A stretch of DNA of 64,000 nt from Candidatus Poseidoniaceae archaeon (GTDB lineage Archaea > Thermoplasmatota > Poseidoniia > Poseidoniales > Poseidoniaceae), in NCBI GenBank assembly GCA_965662895.1, contig CBFIJH010000010.1:9975-73974 (forward strand), written 5' to 3'. Each line of letters opens with the position of its first letter. Position 1 is the first letter of the stretch. Shown one piece after another: positions 19,378 through 29,076 of this stretch. Under the pieces are notes generated by a model. The model did no database searches. It was given only the letters and a program-made list of their open reading frames with translations, and was not told the origin of the DNA. A program made the position numbers and the translations under genes.

Positions 19378-20268
19378 TCATTGGTCTCGCCAATTTGGAG
19401 CATGTACGTCGGCATCTTTGTGCATTGCCAATATTTCAGCAAGAACGGCAATGGCAATCTCTTCAGGCGATTCAGCACCAATGTTCAATCCAATTGGGCA
19501 TCGTACTTTGTCAAGCGTTGAGGATTGAATTCCAACTTCGATGCACGATTCCGTGAACGATTTCCACTTTGACCGACTACCGATAGCTCCAATGCGAGGA
19601 AAAGCCTTGCCATCGGGTGAAACGTCCGCAGCCTCTGCAAGTTGGAGTAGCCGTTGCAGTCGATCAAGATCTTCGGAGTAATCGTGCCCAAGCAAAAGAA
19701 CATCTGAAAATCGCATCATTGATTCAACCGTTTCTCCTGAGAAAAATTCATCCACAGTTGAATGAGATCGTTCGATAGCCTCTGGATAGAGTTCACTCGT
19801 TGTGAACGGTTCACGAGTGTCTTGAACAGAGTAATTCCATCCCTTTTTTGGCAAGAGTTTGGTGATGGCTTCTGAGCAGTGTCCCCCTCCCATCAGTAGA
19901 ATGTGTGGCATCGGTAGCATCAACTCAAGAGAAATGGTGACTTGTCCACCACAAAGTGAGTCGAGTGGTTGCACTTCATAGCCCTTCGCCCCTTTATTCA
20001 GACCAAAGGTGTGGACCTCAGATGTCGATTTTGATTGATGGATTAATTCTTTGCAGCGAGTGAGAATTCGATGTTCCAAACCGGCCCCTCCCACAGTTCC
20101 TACCCAGTTCTCGGACCGATTCATGGCCAAGCGTGCTCCAGATTTCCCAGGCACACTTCCTTTGGTCGCAACAACGGTAGCGAGAACAACGGGCGAATTG
20201 TTTTGCAGTTGTTCCAACATCCATGCTAGAACCCTCGCCGTCATGGTAGCGCCTCCATGAACACACAC
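19378..20268 (-). CDS. xdhC: XdhC/CoxI-family molybdenum-cofactor chaperone
   Basis: GSVPGKSGA, GTVGG, LCGG, MGGGH, GAIGSRSK, CPIGLNIGAESPEEIAIAVLAE. Confidence 0.9.
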   Translation of the reverse strand: MCVHGGATMTARVLAWMLEQLQNNSPVVLATVVATKGSVPGKSGARLAMNRSENWVGTVGGAGLEHRILTRCKELIHQSKSTSEVHTFGLNKGAKGYEVQPLDSLCGGQVTISLELMLPMPHILLMGGGHCSEAITKLLPKKGWNYSVQDTREPFTTSELYPEAIERSHSTVDEFFSGETVESMMRFSDVLLLGHDYSEDLDRLQRLLQLAEAADVSPDGKAFPRIGAIGSRSKWKSFTESCIEVGIQSSTLDKVRCPIGLNIGAESPEEIAIAVLAEILAMHKDADVHAPNWRDQ

Positions 20269-20280
20269 ATACGATTTGCG

Positions 20281-20865
20281 CTAGAACCAATCTTCCTCTG
20301 ATGCGGCGAGAAGGGCCGTCAAGTCAGGCTCAGTGTCGATGTTGAGGTGAAGCCACTTGAACTCGACAAGTAGAGGCTCTCTTCGGACCAAAGAGGAGAG
20401 TGGGGCATCACGTTCAGCCAGATAAACGGTATTGATGTCCTCTCCTACAAGAACAAGTGGATGGCCGCCGCGTTGGTTCCATACTGGACAAGCGCTGATG
20501 TCCGACTTCAACAGGTCTTGAACTAGTTCAATACTCCAACCTGGTCGATCTACAGGTGCGATGAGCACCTTTCGGGGCAATCGGCCATTTCGCTCGAGAA
20601 TGCTTGCAAGTCCGCATTGAATCGACCCTGTTCGACCTTTTTCAGGGTCAGGGTTCAGAACAACTTGAGCAGAGGGACATTGAAGCACAATGTCTGCAAG
20701 AAGGTCGGTGTTGGTCACGATTGTCACCTCAACATACTTCAGACGAAGCAATCTGCTCACAAGTCGTTGAATCAAGGACTGGCCATGGACATCGACAAGA
20801 GCCTTTGGTTGACCGAGACGAGAAGAGCGACCAGCCGCTATGAGAATCACATCGATGGCGCCCAT
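20281..20865 (-). CDS. Molybdenum cofactor cytidylyltransferase (MocA-like NTP transferase)
   Basis: ILIAAGRSSRLGQPKAL, PVDRP, GGHP, NIDT; adjacent to xdhC; start reassigned to MGAID. Confidence 0.82.
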   Translation of the reverse strand: MGAIDVILIAAGRSSRLGQPKALVDVHGQSLIQRLVSRLLRLKYVEVTIVTNTDLLADIVLQCPSAQVVLNPDPEKGRTGSIQCGLASILERNGRLPRKVLIAPVDRPGWSIELVQDLLKSDISACPVWNQRGGHPLVLVGEDINTVYLAERDAPLSSLVRREPLLVEFKWLHLNIDTEPDLTALLAASEEDWF

Positions 20866-20931
20866 GTTCCAACGATGAACGGAACGATGTTGACAATTTC
20901 GGTTCATATACCGTGGGTATGAGATGGAATT

Positions 20932-21576
20932 GTGCTTCAAGACATCGAACCTACTCCACATGAGAAATCTCTGCGGTTTCTTCGCGATGTTTGCGCAATG
21001 GATGGCATTGAGTTAACCGAATCAGAATCGACTCCAAGCATCACGGTTCGAGTGAGAGGACGTTCAAGACGTCATTATGAGATTTTAGCCTCACGTCAAG
21101 TCGGAATCCTCGTCGATGAACCGTGGACGACGGAAATCACAGCTGCAGCATGGAAAAGTGACTTGATGTCGGAGCAGTCGCGTGCTTACACGGCAAAGCT
21201 GTGTCTGAATATCCATCGCGAAAAGGAGCATCTCCCATTAGGGGATCAACTCGCTGCCCTCGCACTTAGCCTCCATAACGACATTCAATTGGCAATGGAC
21301 ATTGCACTCGTCGCTCAGTTTATTGTTTGCCCAAGGGACGAACTCCTGAATGTCCATATCTTTCAAGATGAAATGGTTGTGACTGAAGAAATGATTGAAA
21401 ATGGTGGTCCAAGTATTGATGTGAGTTTTGATGAAGGATTCGAATACGAGGATTTTTTCCAACACCTTTGCCCAGTCCATGAGCCTGAACATCTTGACCT
21501 TGAATTGGGCAGCAGTAATTGGGCTCAAGACTTGGAAGATGATCTTATGCAGCGTTACGAACGAATGAACATCTAA
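20932..21576 (+). CDS. Hypothetical acidic protein
   Basis: 214-aa ORF filling the gap between two minus-strand genes; no motif recognised. Confidence 0.6.
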   Translation: MLQDIEPTPHEKSLRFLRDVCAMDGIELTESESTPSITVRVRGRSRRHYEILASRQVGILVDEPWTTEITAAAWKSDLMSEQSRAYTAKLCLNIHREKEHLPLGDQLAALALSLHNDIQLAMDIALVAQFIVCPRDELLNVHIFQDEMVVTEEMIENGGPSIDVSFDEGFEYEDFFQHLCPVHEPEHLDLELGSSNWAQDLEDDLMQRYERMNI

Positions 21577-22725
21577 TCACAAATTTTTGGTGATTTCTCG
21601 ACCAATAATCATACGTTGAACTTGACTGCTTCCCTCGTAAATCTGCATCACCTTTGCACCGCGCATAAGTCGCGCAACGGGATACTCCTCTGAATATCCA
21701 TATCCACCATAGACTTGGACTGCATCGGTAGCGATCTGCATGGCAGTATCGGCTGCAAATCGTTTTGCGTGGGCTGCAGACTCAGTGTTTTTGACACCTG
21801 CATCTGCATCCGCTGCAGATTTCCAGGTTAGCATACGGCTTGCTTCGATGTTGGTCTTCATATCTGCAAGCATGAATTGAATCGCCTGATGTTTATGCAA
21901 AGGCTTCCCAAACGTTTGGCGCTCGTGACTGTACTGTAGCGCATGCTCGTAAGCTGCACGTGAAAGCCCGGTTGCATGGGCTGCGATGTTGGGTCGGCTC
22001 AAATCAAATGCATTCATTGCATTCATCCATCCACCTGATTCACTCTCTCCGACCAGTTGGTTCGCAGGGACCCGAACGTTGTTGAAGGTTATACTGCGTG
22101 TGTCACTGCAACGTTGCCCCATATTGGTCTCTTTCTTACCAAGCGAAAGTCCTTCAGCATTGGACTCTACAATGAATCCGGACATGCCTCGATATCCTGC
22201 ATCAGGATCGGTTTTGGCCAGTACGAAGAAGAAATCTGCGTATCCGGCTCCAGTAATCCACATCTTCGATCCATTGATGATATAATCATCTCCGTCACGA
22301 ACCGCCGTAGTCTGAATTGCTGCAACATCTGAACCAGCGCCTGGCTCTGTAACGGCGTACGAAGCGAGCGCTCCTTCTTCTGCAACTTTGCGTAACCAGA
22401 CGTTCTTTTGCTCCTCTGTTGCTCCGGTAATAATCGGAGCGCATGCAAGGGCTGTAGCGTAAGCAGCGGTGGCGAACCCTGGATCGCCCCAAGCCAATTC
22501 CTCATTGACGAGCACTTCTTCCATGCAACCGAGACCAGGCCCTCCATATGCTTCAGGAATATGGAGATTGAGAAGACCCAATTCATGGGCCATTTGTATA
22601 GCCTCTTTCGGATAGATGGATTCCTCATCCCAATGTTCTGCATGTGGGCGGATTTCGTCCCGTGCAAATTCGCGAGCAAGTTCACGCAACATCTCTTGCA
22701 TCTCATCCAATTGGAAGTCGACCAT
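21577..22725 (-). CDS. Acyl-CoA dehydrogenase (medium-chain-like)
   Basis: YAVTEPGAGSDV, INGSKMWIT, ERQTFGK, QVYGGYGYSEEYPV, IYEGSSQVQR. Confidence 0.95.
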   Translation of the reverse strand: MVDFQLDEMQEMLRELAREFARDEIRPHAEHWDEESIYPKEAIQMAHELGLLNLHIPEAYGGPGLGCMEEVLVNEELAWGDPGFATAAYATALACAPIITGATEEQKNVWLRKVAEEGALASYAVTEPGAGSDVAAIQTTAVRDGDDYIINGSKMWITGAGYADFFFVLAKTDPDAGYRGMSGFIVESNAEGLSLGKKETNMGQRCSDTRSITFNNVRVPANQLVGESESGGWMNAMNAFDLSRPNIAAHATGLSRAAYEHALQYSHERQTFGKPLHKHQAIQFMLADMKTNIEASRMLTWKSAADADAGVKNTESAAHAKRFAADTAMQIATDAVQVYGGYGYSEEYPVARLMRGAKVMQIYEGSSQVQRMIIGREITKNL

Positions 22726-22772
22726 ACCATGCCCACATGGAAGTCGGACATAAGTCTTGATTTGGAATCAAG

Positions 22773-23876
22773 TCAACGATTCAGTTGCAAAACGACCAAG
22801 AAGATGAGATAAAACAAAACCATACAGGCACCTTCCCAGCGTTCGAACCTGTACGTTCGCCGCATGAAAAACAATGCGAGGAGTACACCGAGAACGGTTG
22901 CAGGAGCGATAATGTCCATGGTCAAACCATTGTCTGACGGCGAGATAGATAAAGGATGAATCATCGAAGCGATACCAACGGAAAGAAGCGGATCGGTAAT
23001 GTTCGACCCAATCAGTGTACCAATAGCAACGCCTTTGCTTCGTTTTGCGGCCATAATAGCGATTGTTAATTCTGGGAGAGAGGTTCCAATTCCAGACACT
23101 GTTGTTCCGATAACAGAATGTGGAACCTTCAGTCGCTCTGCGAGCTCATAGGCTTGTTCAACGAGGATGTTCGCAGAATAGACAGCGAAAGCAAGTCCAA
23201 GAAAAATCATAATCATGTAAGCAGTTGAACTCCAGTTTGACCCTCGAACTTCGTATTCACCCGCTTCTTCAACCTCTTCCTGACGGATTGCCTCTCGCTT
23301 CATCAATAACCAAACAATGTACACGACATAGAGCGATGCAAGGATGGCTCCTTCCCATCGCTCGAGCGAGTTGTTTGTCCAGACAAAAAACAGCATGAGG
23401 ATGACCGCAAGCAGCATGATTACGCCATCGCGATTCAGCCACGATGGTCGAACTTTCACCGCTCGAGTCATGACAACGATACCCAGGATAAGTGTGATTT
23501 GAACCAGAACTGAACCCAGAATACTTCCTATTGCAAAGTCAGCCGCTCCTTGTTTTCCTTGGCTTGCTTCGTATGCTGCACTTCCAGAGACAAGGATTTC
23601 GGGAAGGGAAGTCCCGATTGAAACAATTGTTAACCCGATGACGATTTCTGCTATACCTGCGCGACGTGCAAGCCCTTTCGCCCCCTCGATGAAAAAATCA
23701 GCACTCGTGATGAGCAAACCGAGGGAAAGCAGAAGAATGATGCTCACAACAAGCATTGAGTTTGATTGTCCAAGATATTTGAGAAGGACAATCGCAAAGA
23801 AGAGAGCACCAGTGATTAACATAGCGTTGAAGTGTATGAGTTGAGGAATTCCCATCAACTCATCCTTCTGCTCCAT
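22773..23876 (-). CDS. Ca2+/Na+ antiporter (CaCA, YrbG-like)
   Basis: Two alpha-repeats with GTSLPE; GS..(N/V) motifs. Confidence 0.92.
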   Translation of the reverse strand: MEQKDELMGIPQLIHFNAMLITGALFFAIVLLKYLGQSNSMLVVSIILLLSLGLLITSADFFIEGAKGLARRAGIAEIVIGLTIVSIGTSLPEILVSGSAAYEASQGKQGAADFAIGSILGSVLVQITLILGIVVMTRAVKVRPSWLNRDGVIMLLAVILMLFFVWTNNSLERWEGAILASLYVVYIVWLLMKREAIRQEEVEEAGEYEVRGSNWSSTAYMIMIFLGLAFAVYSANILVEQAYELAERLKVPHSVIGTTVSGIGTSLPELTIAIMAAKRSKGVAIGTLIGSNITDPLLSVGIASMIHPLSISPSDNGLTMDIIAPATVLGVLLALFFMRRTYRFERWEGACMVLFYLIFLVVLQLNR

Positions 23877-23956
23877 AATCCTCCCATGGGTTATGGGTTT
23901 TGATGCTTCTGTCCTTCTATGGAGGTAAGATGATGTTCTGATTTGTTTTCGATAGA

Positions 23957-24568
23957 ATGATGTGGAAACGCGGAAGCATCGAAGCCTTTGGAACCCTCAT
24001 CATGGTTCTTGCTGGATGTGGAAGCGTTGCATTAGAACGATCAAGTGTTGAGGTTTCACTTGCCTTTGGAGCCTCTGTAGCCATCGTCATCTTAACCATC
24101 GGACGATGGACGGGAGCGCACATTAATCCTGCAGTATCCATTGCATTCTGGTACAGAGGAGACCTTGCTTCGAAGGATGCAACAGCCCACGTGTTGGGTC
24201 AATTGATTGGTGCACTTTGTGCCGCTTTGATTCTTCAAGGTGCGGGTCCTACCACGCGAAATACATCGTGGATGAACCTAATTGGCATTGAAGTTCTCAT
24301 CACCTTTGTTCTGATGGCATCGATTTTATGGATCATTCGTCAAACGGATGAATGGTTTCCAATTGCTGTTGTCGTTGGTTCAACCGTAGCAGTTCTTGCC
24401 TTTGTTTTTGGAAAATATACGGGTGCAAGTATGAATCCAGCTCGAACTTTTGGTCCAAATCTCATATCTGGTGATGTGACAATTATACCCATCTACTTTG
24501 TCTGCACGATAGTTGGGGCTTTGCTTGCAGTTGCAGCAGAGCGGTTCATTGCACCAAGTTCTGAATGA
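23957..24568 (+). CDS. MIP-family channel (aquaporin/aquaglyceroporin)
   Basis: GAHINPAVS and TGASMNPARTFGP NPA boxes. Confidence 0.92.
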   Translation: MMWKRGSIEAFGTLIMVLAGCGSVALERSSVEVSLAFGASVAIVILTIGRWTGAHINPAVSIAFWYRGDLASKDATAHVLGQLIGALCAALILQGAGPTTRNTSWMNLIGIEVLITFVLMASILWIIRQTDEWFPIAVVVGSTVAVLAFVFGKYTGASMNPARTFGPNLISGDVTIIPIYFVCTIVGALLAVAAERFIAPSSE

Positions 24569-27170
24569 CTCGTGTTACGTGTTCAACCGAAGGAATGGTG
24601 TGGTTTTCAAGTGGTGGAGAAAATGGTACTGGTGTATCTAAAGCACCAATAACGACCGGTTGGGCTTCGAGTTGGTAAAACGTCGATTCGAGAATCCGGG
24701 ATTGAATGGTATGACCCAAACCTCCGTGCCATTGTCCTTCTTGCAGGACAACGAGTCGGCCAGTCTTTTGCACAGAGGCAATACAAGACGCTGCATCAAA
24801 CGGCAAAAGGGTTCGCAAATCGAGAATTTCAACCTCAATCCCACTTTTGCTAAGTTCTTCAGCGGCCTCTGCAGCAAGGTGTACCATCGCACCCCACGTG
24901 ACAAGGGTTACGTCATCACCTTCACGACGAAGGGACGCTCGACCAATTGAATGACGTTCCCCTTTCTCAATCGAATCGTGGACAGATTTTGTATCGACCT
25001 TTTGGTTGATGTTTTGGCCCCAACCCGTTTTTCCACCTCGCAATCCGTACAATCCAATATGTTCGAGAAACAAGACCGGATCATCAAGATGTGCTGCTTC
25101 AATCAACAAATCGTATGCATCCTGAGGAGTTGCAGGTGCAAGCACAACCAAACCTGGGTCATTTGCAAACCATGATTCAATCATGTTCGCATGAAATGGT
25201 CCTGAACGCGTTTTTGCTCCAAGTGGAATTCGAATGGTCATGGGACAGTCTGCGCCCCAACGCCATCTCAACATCGCTGCATTGTTGATGAGGGCATTGA
25301 ATCCGAGTGCAGCAAAGCCTCCAAATTGTATCTCGACCATGGGGCGCATACCCGACAAGGCTGCTCCAACCCCAGCATGAACGATGATCGCTTCGCAAAG
25401 AGGCATATCAACAAGTTTCTCTTGATGACCTGCATTTTTGAGAGCCATATTCATTCCAAAGGCCCCTGCAACTTCCATATCTTCACCAATAAAGACGCAA
25501 TCCTCTCCATAGGAATGCGCAATATCGACCATCGCTTGTTGAATCGCACGAGCATATGTCCATCCTCCGGTTTCGACATAATCGAGTGGATTGAAAGATG
25601 CGATGGATGCAACATCCGTGCTTATTTCCATTGCAGCAAGATGGTCCTCGTGGGTTCGTGCATCATGAAGCGAAGTGATTCCTTTGGTAACAGTCTCAGG
25701 TTTTGGCCATTCCATCTGCTCAACAATTGTTCGTGCTTCATCAACAAGTTCTTGCTCTTCAGATTCCATTTGAGCAAGTTCTTCTTCGGTTATTCCGAGT
25801 GTCATTAACAGGGTTCGATGCGATGGAATCGGATCCTTATCGGCCCAATATTCCAATAAATCACGATCAACATATCCAGGTGGCGTACCTGTTTCAGAAC
25901 CAAGATAGAGATCGTCATGGTGATGGGCGTGACCGCACCCACGCATGGTTTCGACATGGATCATGGTTGGCCCACCTCCTTCAAGTCCAAATTCACGAGC
26001 TGTCGCGACACTTGCATGCCATGCTGCTGGATCTGAACCGTCAATTGTCCATGAAGGGAAACCCATCGCCACAGCTTTGTCAGCCCACAATTCGACGCCG
26101 GACTGATGCGCTGGTGGCGTATCGAGTGCAATCTGATTGTTCTGAAGAATGTAGCAGATTGGTAGTCCTCGTGCACCCGCTAAGTTGATCGCTTCCCAAT
26201 ACTCACCAGAGGATGAGGCTCCTTCTCCAATGCATGCAACGTGGAAGCGGTCAAGCGATTGTTTCCAGCCCGCAAAAGCAAGACCTGTCATGGTTGCACT
26301 GGCAATGGGAAGAGGTGCTGTAGGTGGAAGTACACCAACGTGCCAAGCACCAATGTGAAGATCTCGTCCACCCGCTCCTTCGTGACCACCGTTCTGATTC
26401 GATCCTGCTTTACCCATCTGGGCGGCCATCACATCAACCACTGTATCACCCATCGCAAGACCAAGTCCGACATCTCGAATCATGGGTGCAACCAAGTCCC
26501 CATCGTATCCATTTCCAGGGGTATGCGCCTTGTTTGGTTCTTCAGTTCGCTTCAATGCGGTTGCAACAGCGACCACACCCTCTTGCCAAGTTGATCGAAA
26601 TCCTTTACCCCCAAATCGAGAACCATCGGGAGTTTCCATGCCGGAAAAAAACACCTCTTTCAGGTGCGCATCCATCGCCCGTGTACGGGTCATGAGCCTC
26701 TGCCACTCAAGACGATGGTCCATCGTTGTCGACATGTAGTGAGCAAGACGACGGAGACAAAGCCGAAGATCAACGATGAGATGCGAAATTCGGCGTTCAA
26801 GATGCTCAGTTATGCTACGTCGCGGCATAACTTCTGCATCGAGAATGGTTGAGATCTTGTGCGAATTTTGGGCTTCAAATCCCCGTTTGAATGCATCAAC
26901 AAACCGTTCACTAAACGCATGCCATGATTCACCATCGAAAGAATGTTGACCATCGGCGTGGAGATGATCCCATATGTTTGCAGCAAGGAAAACGTGCCCT
27001 TCATGGCGCTCCGCAAAAAAACGCATAACTTCAGCTCGTGCAGCATCAAAAAGAAGAGGTTGGCTGAAGGTTAACGCCACACGAGGCTTCCAGTCCGCTC
27101 CATGAATTTCCGGCTGTGCACCCTGTGTCATAGCCCCGCCCCGTTCTTGCGAAGAAGCCCCTTGTTTCAA
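24546..27170 (-). CDS. Fused 2-oxoacid dehydrogenase E1 alpha+beta (branched-chain/pyruvate type) with N-terminal extension
   Basis: TPP motif IGEGASSSGE...QNNQIA, RGCGH; beta part GEDME, DMPLCE, EIQF, DLRTLLPFD, DTPVPFSPPLE; start possibly ATG 27131. Confidence 0.88.
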   Translation of the reverse strand: MKQGASSQERGGAMTQGAQPEIHGADWKPRVALTFSQPLLFDAARAEVMRFFAERHEGHVFLAANIWDHLHADGQHSFDGESWHAFSERFVDAFKRGFEAQNSHKISTILDAEVMPRRSITEHLERRISHLIVDLRLCLRRLAHYMSTTMDHRLEWQRLMTRTRAMDAHLKEVFFSGMETPDGSRFGGKGFRSTWQEGVVAVATALKRTEEPNKAHTPGNGYDGDLVAPMIRDVGLGLAMGDTVVDVMAAQMGKAGSNQNGGHEGAGGRDLHIGAWHVGVLPPTAPLPIASATMTGLAFAGWKQSLDRFHVACIGEGASSSGEYWEAINLAGARGLPICYILQNNQIALDTPPAHQSGVELWADKAVAMGFPSWTIDGSDPAAWHASVATAREFGLEGGGPTMIHVETMRGCGHAHHHDDLYLGSETGTPPGYVDRDLLEYWADKDPIPSHRTLLMTLGITEEELAQMESEEQELVDEARTIVEQMEWPKPETVTKGITSLHDARTHEDHLAAMEISTDVASIASFNPLDYVETGGWTYARAIQQAMVDIAHSYGEDCVFIGEDMEVAGAFGMNMALKNAGHQEKLVDMPLCEAIIVHAGVGAALSGMRPMVEIQFGGFAALGFNALINNAAMLRWRWGADCPMTIRIPLGAKTRSGPFHANMIESWFANDPGLVVLAPATPQDAYDLLIEAAHLDDPVLFLEHIGLYGLRGGKTGWGQNINQKVDTKSVHDSIEKGERHSIGRASLRREGDDVTLVTWGAMVHLAAEAAEELSKSGIEVEILDLRTLLPFDAASCIASVQKTGRLVVLQEGQWHGGLGHTIQSRILESTFYQLEAQPVVIGALDTPVPFSPPLENHTIPSVEHVTRVIQNLVQ

Positions 27171-27197
27171 GGCTATGGATTCAAAATTGTGGAAGAA

Positions 27198-28004
27198 TTA
27201 CTCATCCTCTCCAATGGTTTGTTTAAGGACACGAATTGAAGTTCTCGTGACAAGAACCGTCACGATGACAGTAGCGAGAATCCCAACCAGAAGCAAAACA
27301 AGGCCGCTATTTGATTGCGTTAATCCACTCATTCCTGACTGACCAAGAGCAAGAGAACCGAGCGCATGTCCATAATATGCATAAATCAGACAGTAGATCA
27401 AACTCGAGGTGTTTGAAATCAAGAACACCCTTAGCGACACGGGTGTTGCTGACATAATGTAATTCAGCCATTCATCAGGAAGGATTGGTGAGAGACGGAC
27501 CAGTACAGAAATACGCATCGCATCCTCTTCCAAAGCAGATTCAATGCTCAACATACGCTGGTCGTTCTGTATGGCTTCTCGAATCGAATCACGAAACAAC
27601 CATCTTCCCAGAACAAAGGCCAAGAAACCGCCAACCATCGATGCGACAAAGTTCACTGCCACTGCAATCCAGAAGGGGAAAATGGCTCCTGCTCCAACCT
27701 TAACGAATGGTGTTGGAAGCAAAAGAACAATTCCAAGAGAAAGGGCAACCGTAAACAAGACTGGAGACCAAATTCCAAATCCCTTGAACCAGTCAATGAT
27801 GTTGGAAGCATCTTGGAACAGGAAGTACCCAGCAGTTCCACACAACATGAGTGCGATTAAACCAAACGCTGCACGCCATTGATACACGCCGACCTTCTGT
27901 TGTTTCATCTGCTGAAGATTCTTCCGACCATCGATGAGGTGGAGTTCGGAGGGACGTGGAAATTGAGGTACAGAGGATTGTGAACGTTTGTTCAAACTTT
28001 TCAC
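27198..28004 (-). CDS. VTT/TVP38 (DedA superfamily) membrane protein
   Basis: LLLPTP...GAIF, GRWLFR, RLSPILP, NY motifs. Confidence 0.85.
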   Translation of the reverse strand: MKSLNKRSQSSVPQFPRPSELHLIDGRKNLQQMKQQKVGVYQWRAAFGLIALMLCGTAGYFLFQDASNIIDWFKGFGIWSPVLFTVALSLGIVLLLPTPFVKVGAGAIFPFWIAVAVNFVASMVGGFLAFVLGRWLFRDSIREAIQNDQRMLSIESALEEDAMRISVLVRLSPILPDEWLNYIMSATPVSLRVFLISNTSSLIYCLIYAYYGHALGSLALGQSGMSGLTQSNSGLVLLLVGILATVIVTVLVTRTSIRVLKQTIGEDE

Positions 28005-29035
28005 TCCTCTTCTGATTCAGGTAAAGAAGAAAGAACATCACCAAGCATTTCTGCTGCGTCTTCGATTCGTGTCATGAGCGTCGTATCAGCAACTGCACCT
28101 GGGCGCCCAAGATCCCACATCAATTCGTGAACCATTTCGGTCGTCAACCGAGTCATTCGAAGAACTTGCGGATCGATTCTCTCCAAATCATCATCCGGCA
28201 GGAGTGCAACCTGTTCAGGAGCTTCATCGAGAATGTCGTCCATCTTTGCTTCAATTTCATCAGCGATGTTCGCAGCTTGTTGTTCAAGAATGGATTCCAT
28301 TCCACCTTGCGAAAGCGGTGTTGGTTGTTCGTTGAGATTACCGAGCGATTTTTTCTTCTTCAAGTCTTCAAACGAAGGTCCTTTGGCATCGCCAGTTTCG
28401 CTCCCATCTTGTACCAATTGATTCAGTGCAACTCGCAACAGATTGGAGAGATCTGTTGCTTCCAAGTCAAGATCGACCTCCATTCCTTGCTCTCCCATTT
28501 GTGCAAGAATATCGTTGATGAATGATTCATTGATTCGATCGGGTCCGACAAGACCCTTGAGCATGGGAAGAGCCCATCCTCCTCCACCCGCCATAACTGC
28601 AACATCAAACGAGCCCCCTCCGGATTCGAGTGTCACATCTGCTGGCGGCGGGACAAATTGTTTGCGAGCATGTTTCCAAAGTTGTTCGGTCAGTGCCTTC
28701 ATATCAACTGGTTTACCGATGACCTCGTGGATTCCTGCCTTCGCAGCGACGAGCATAAAGTCAGGACTTGTGGAACGTGAAAGGAGGACGATGCGACATT
28801 TGAAAGCAAACTCGGGGTCGCCCATCAATCGTTGAGCTGCATCAATCGCATCACCTGATTTCCACTCACCATCAAGCAAAACAACCTCTGGCATAACCGC
28901 AAGCGCTGTACCTTCCGCTTGTCGCAAGGTACCTGCTCGCGTTACGTCAAATCCTTCACGTTCAAGTGTTGATGCGAGAAGGGTTCGACGGCCCTGGTTC
29001 TCGTCAGCAACAATGACTTTGCCCATGATGACCAA
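28001..29035 (-). CDS. Response-regulator receiver-domain protein with unknown acidic C-terminal region
   Basis: VIVADE, LEREGFDV, PEVVLLDG (phospho-acceptor D), IVLLS, IGKP. Confidence 0.8.
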   Translation of the reverse strand: MVIMGKVIVADENQGRRTLLASTLEREGFDVTRAGTLRQAEGTALAVMPEVVLLDGEWKSGDAIDAAQRLMGDPEFAFKCRIVLLSRSTSPDFMLVAAKAGIHEVIGKPVDMKALTEQLWKHARKQFVPPPADVTLESGGGSFDVAVMAGGGGWALPMLKGLVGPDRINESFINDILAQMGEQGMEVDLDLEATDLSNLLRVALNQLVQDGSETGDAKGPSFEDLKKKKSLGNLNEQPTPLSQGGMESILEQQAANIADEIEAKMDDILDEAPEQVALLPDDDLERIDPQVLRMTRLTTEMVHELMWDLGRPGAVADTTLMTRIEDAAEMLGDVLSSLPESEEE

Positions 29036-29076
29036 TATGAAACGAAGAGTCCGGCTCTTTGAACCTCACCCTCAAT

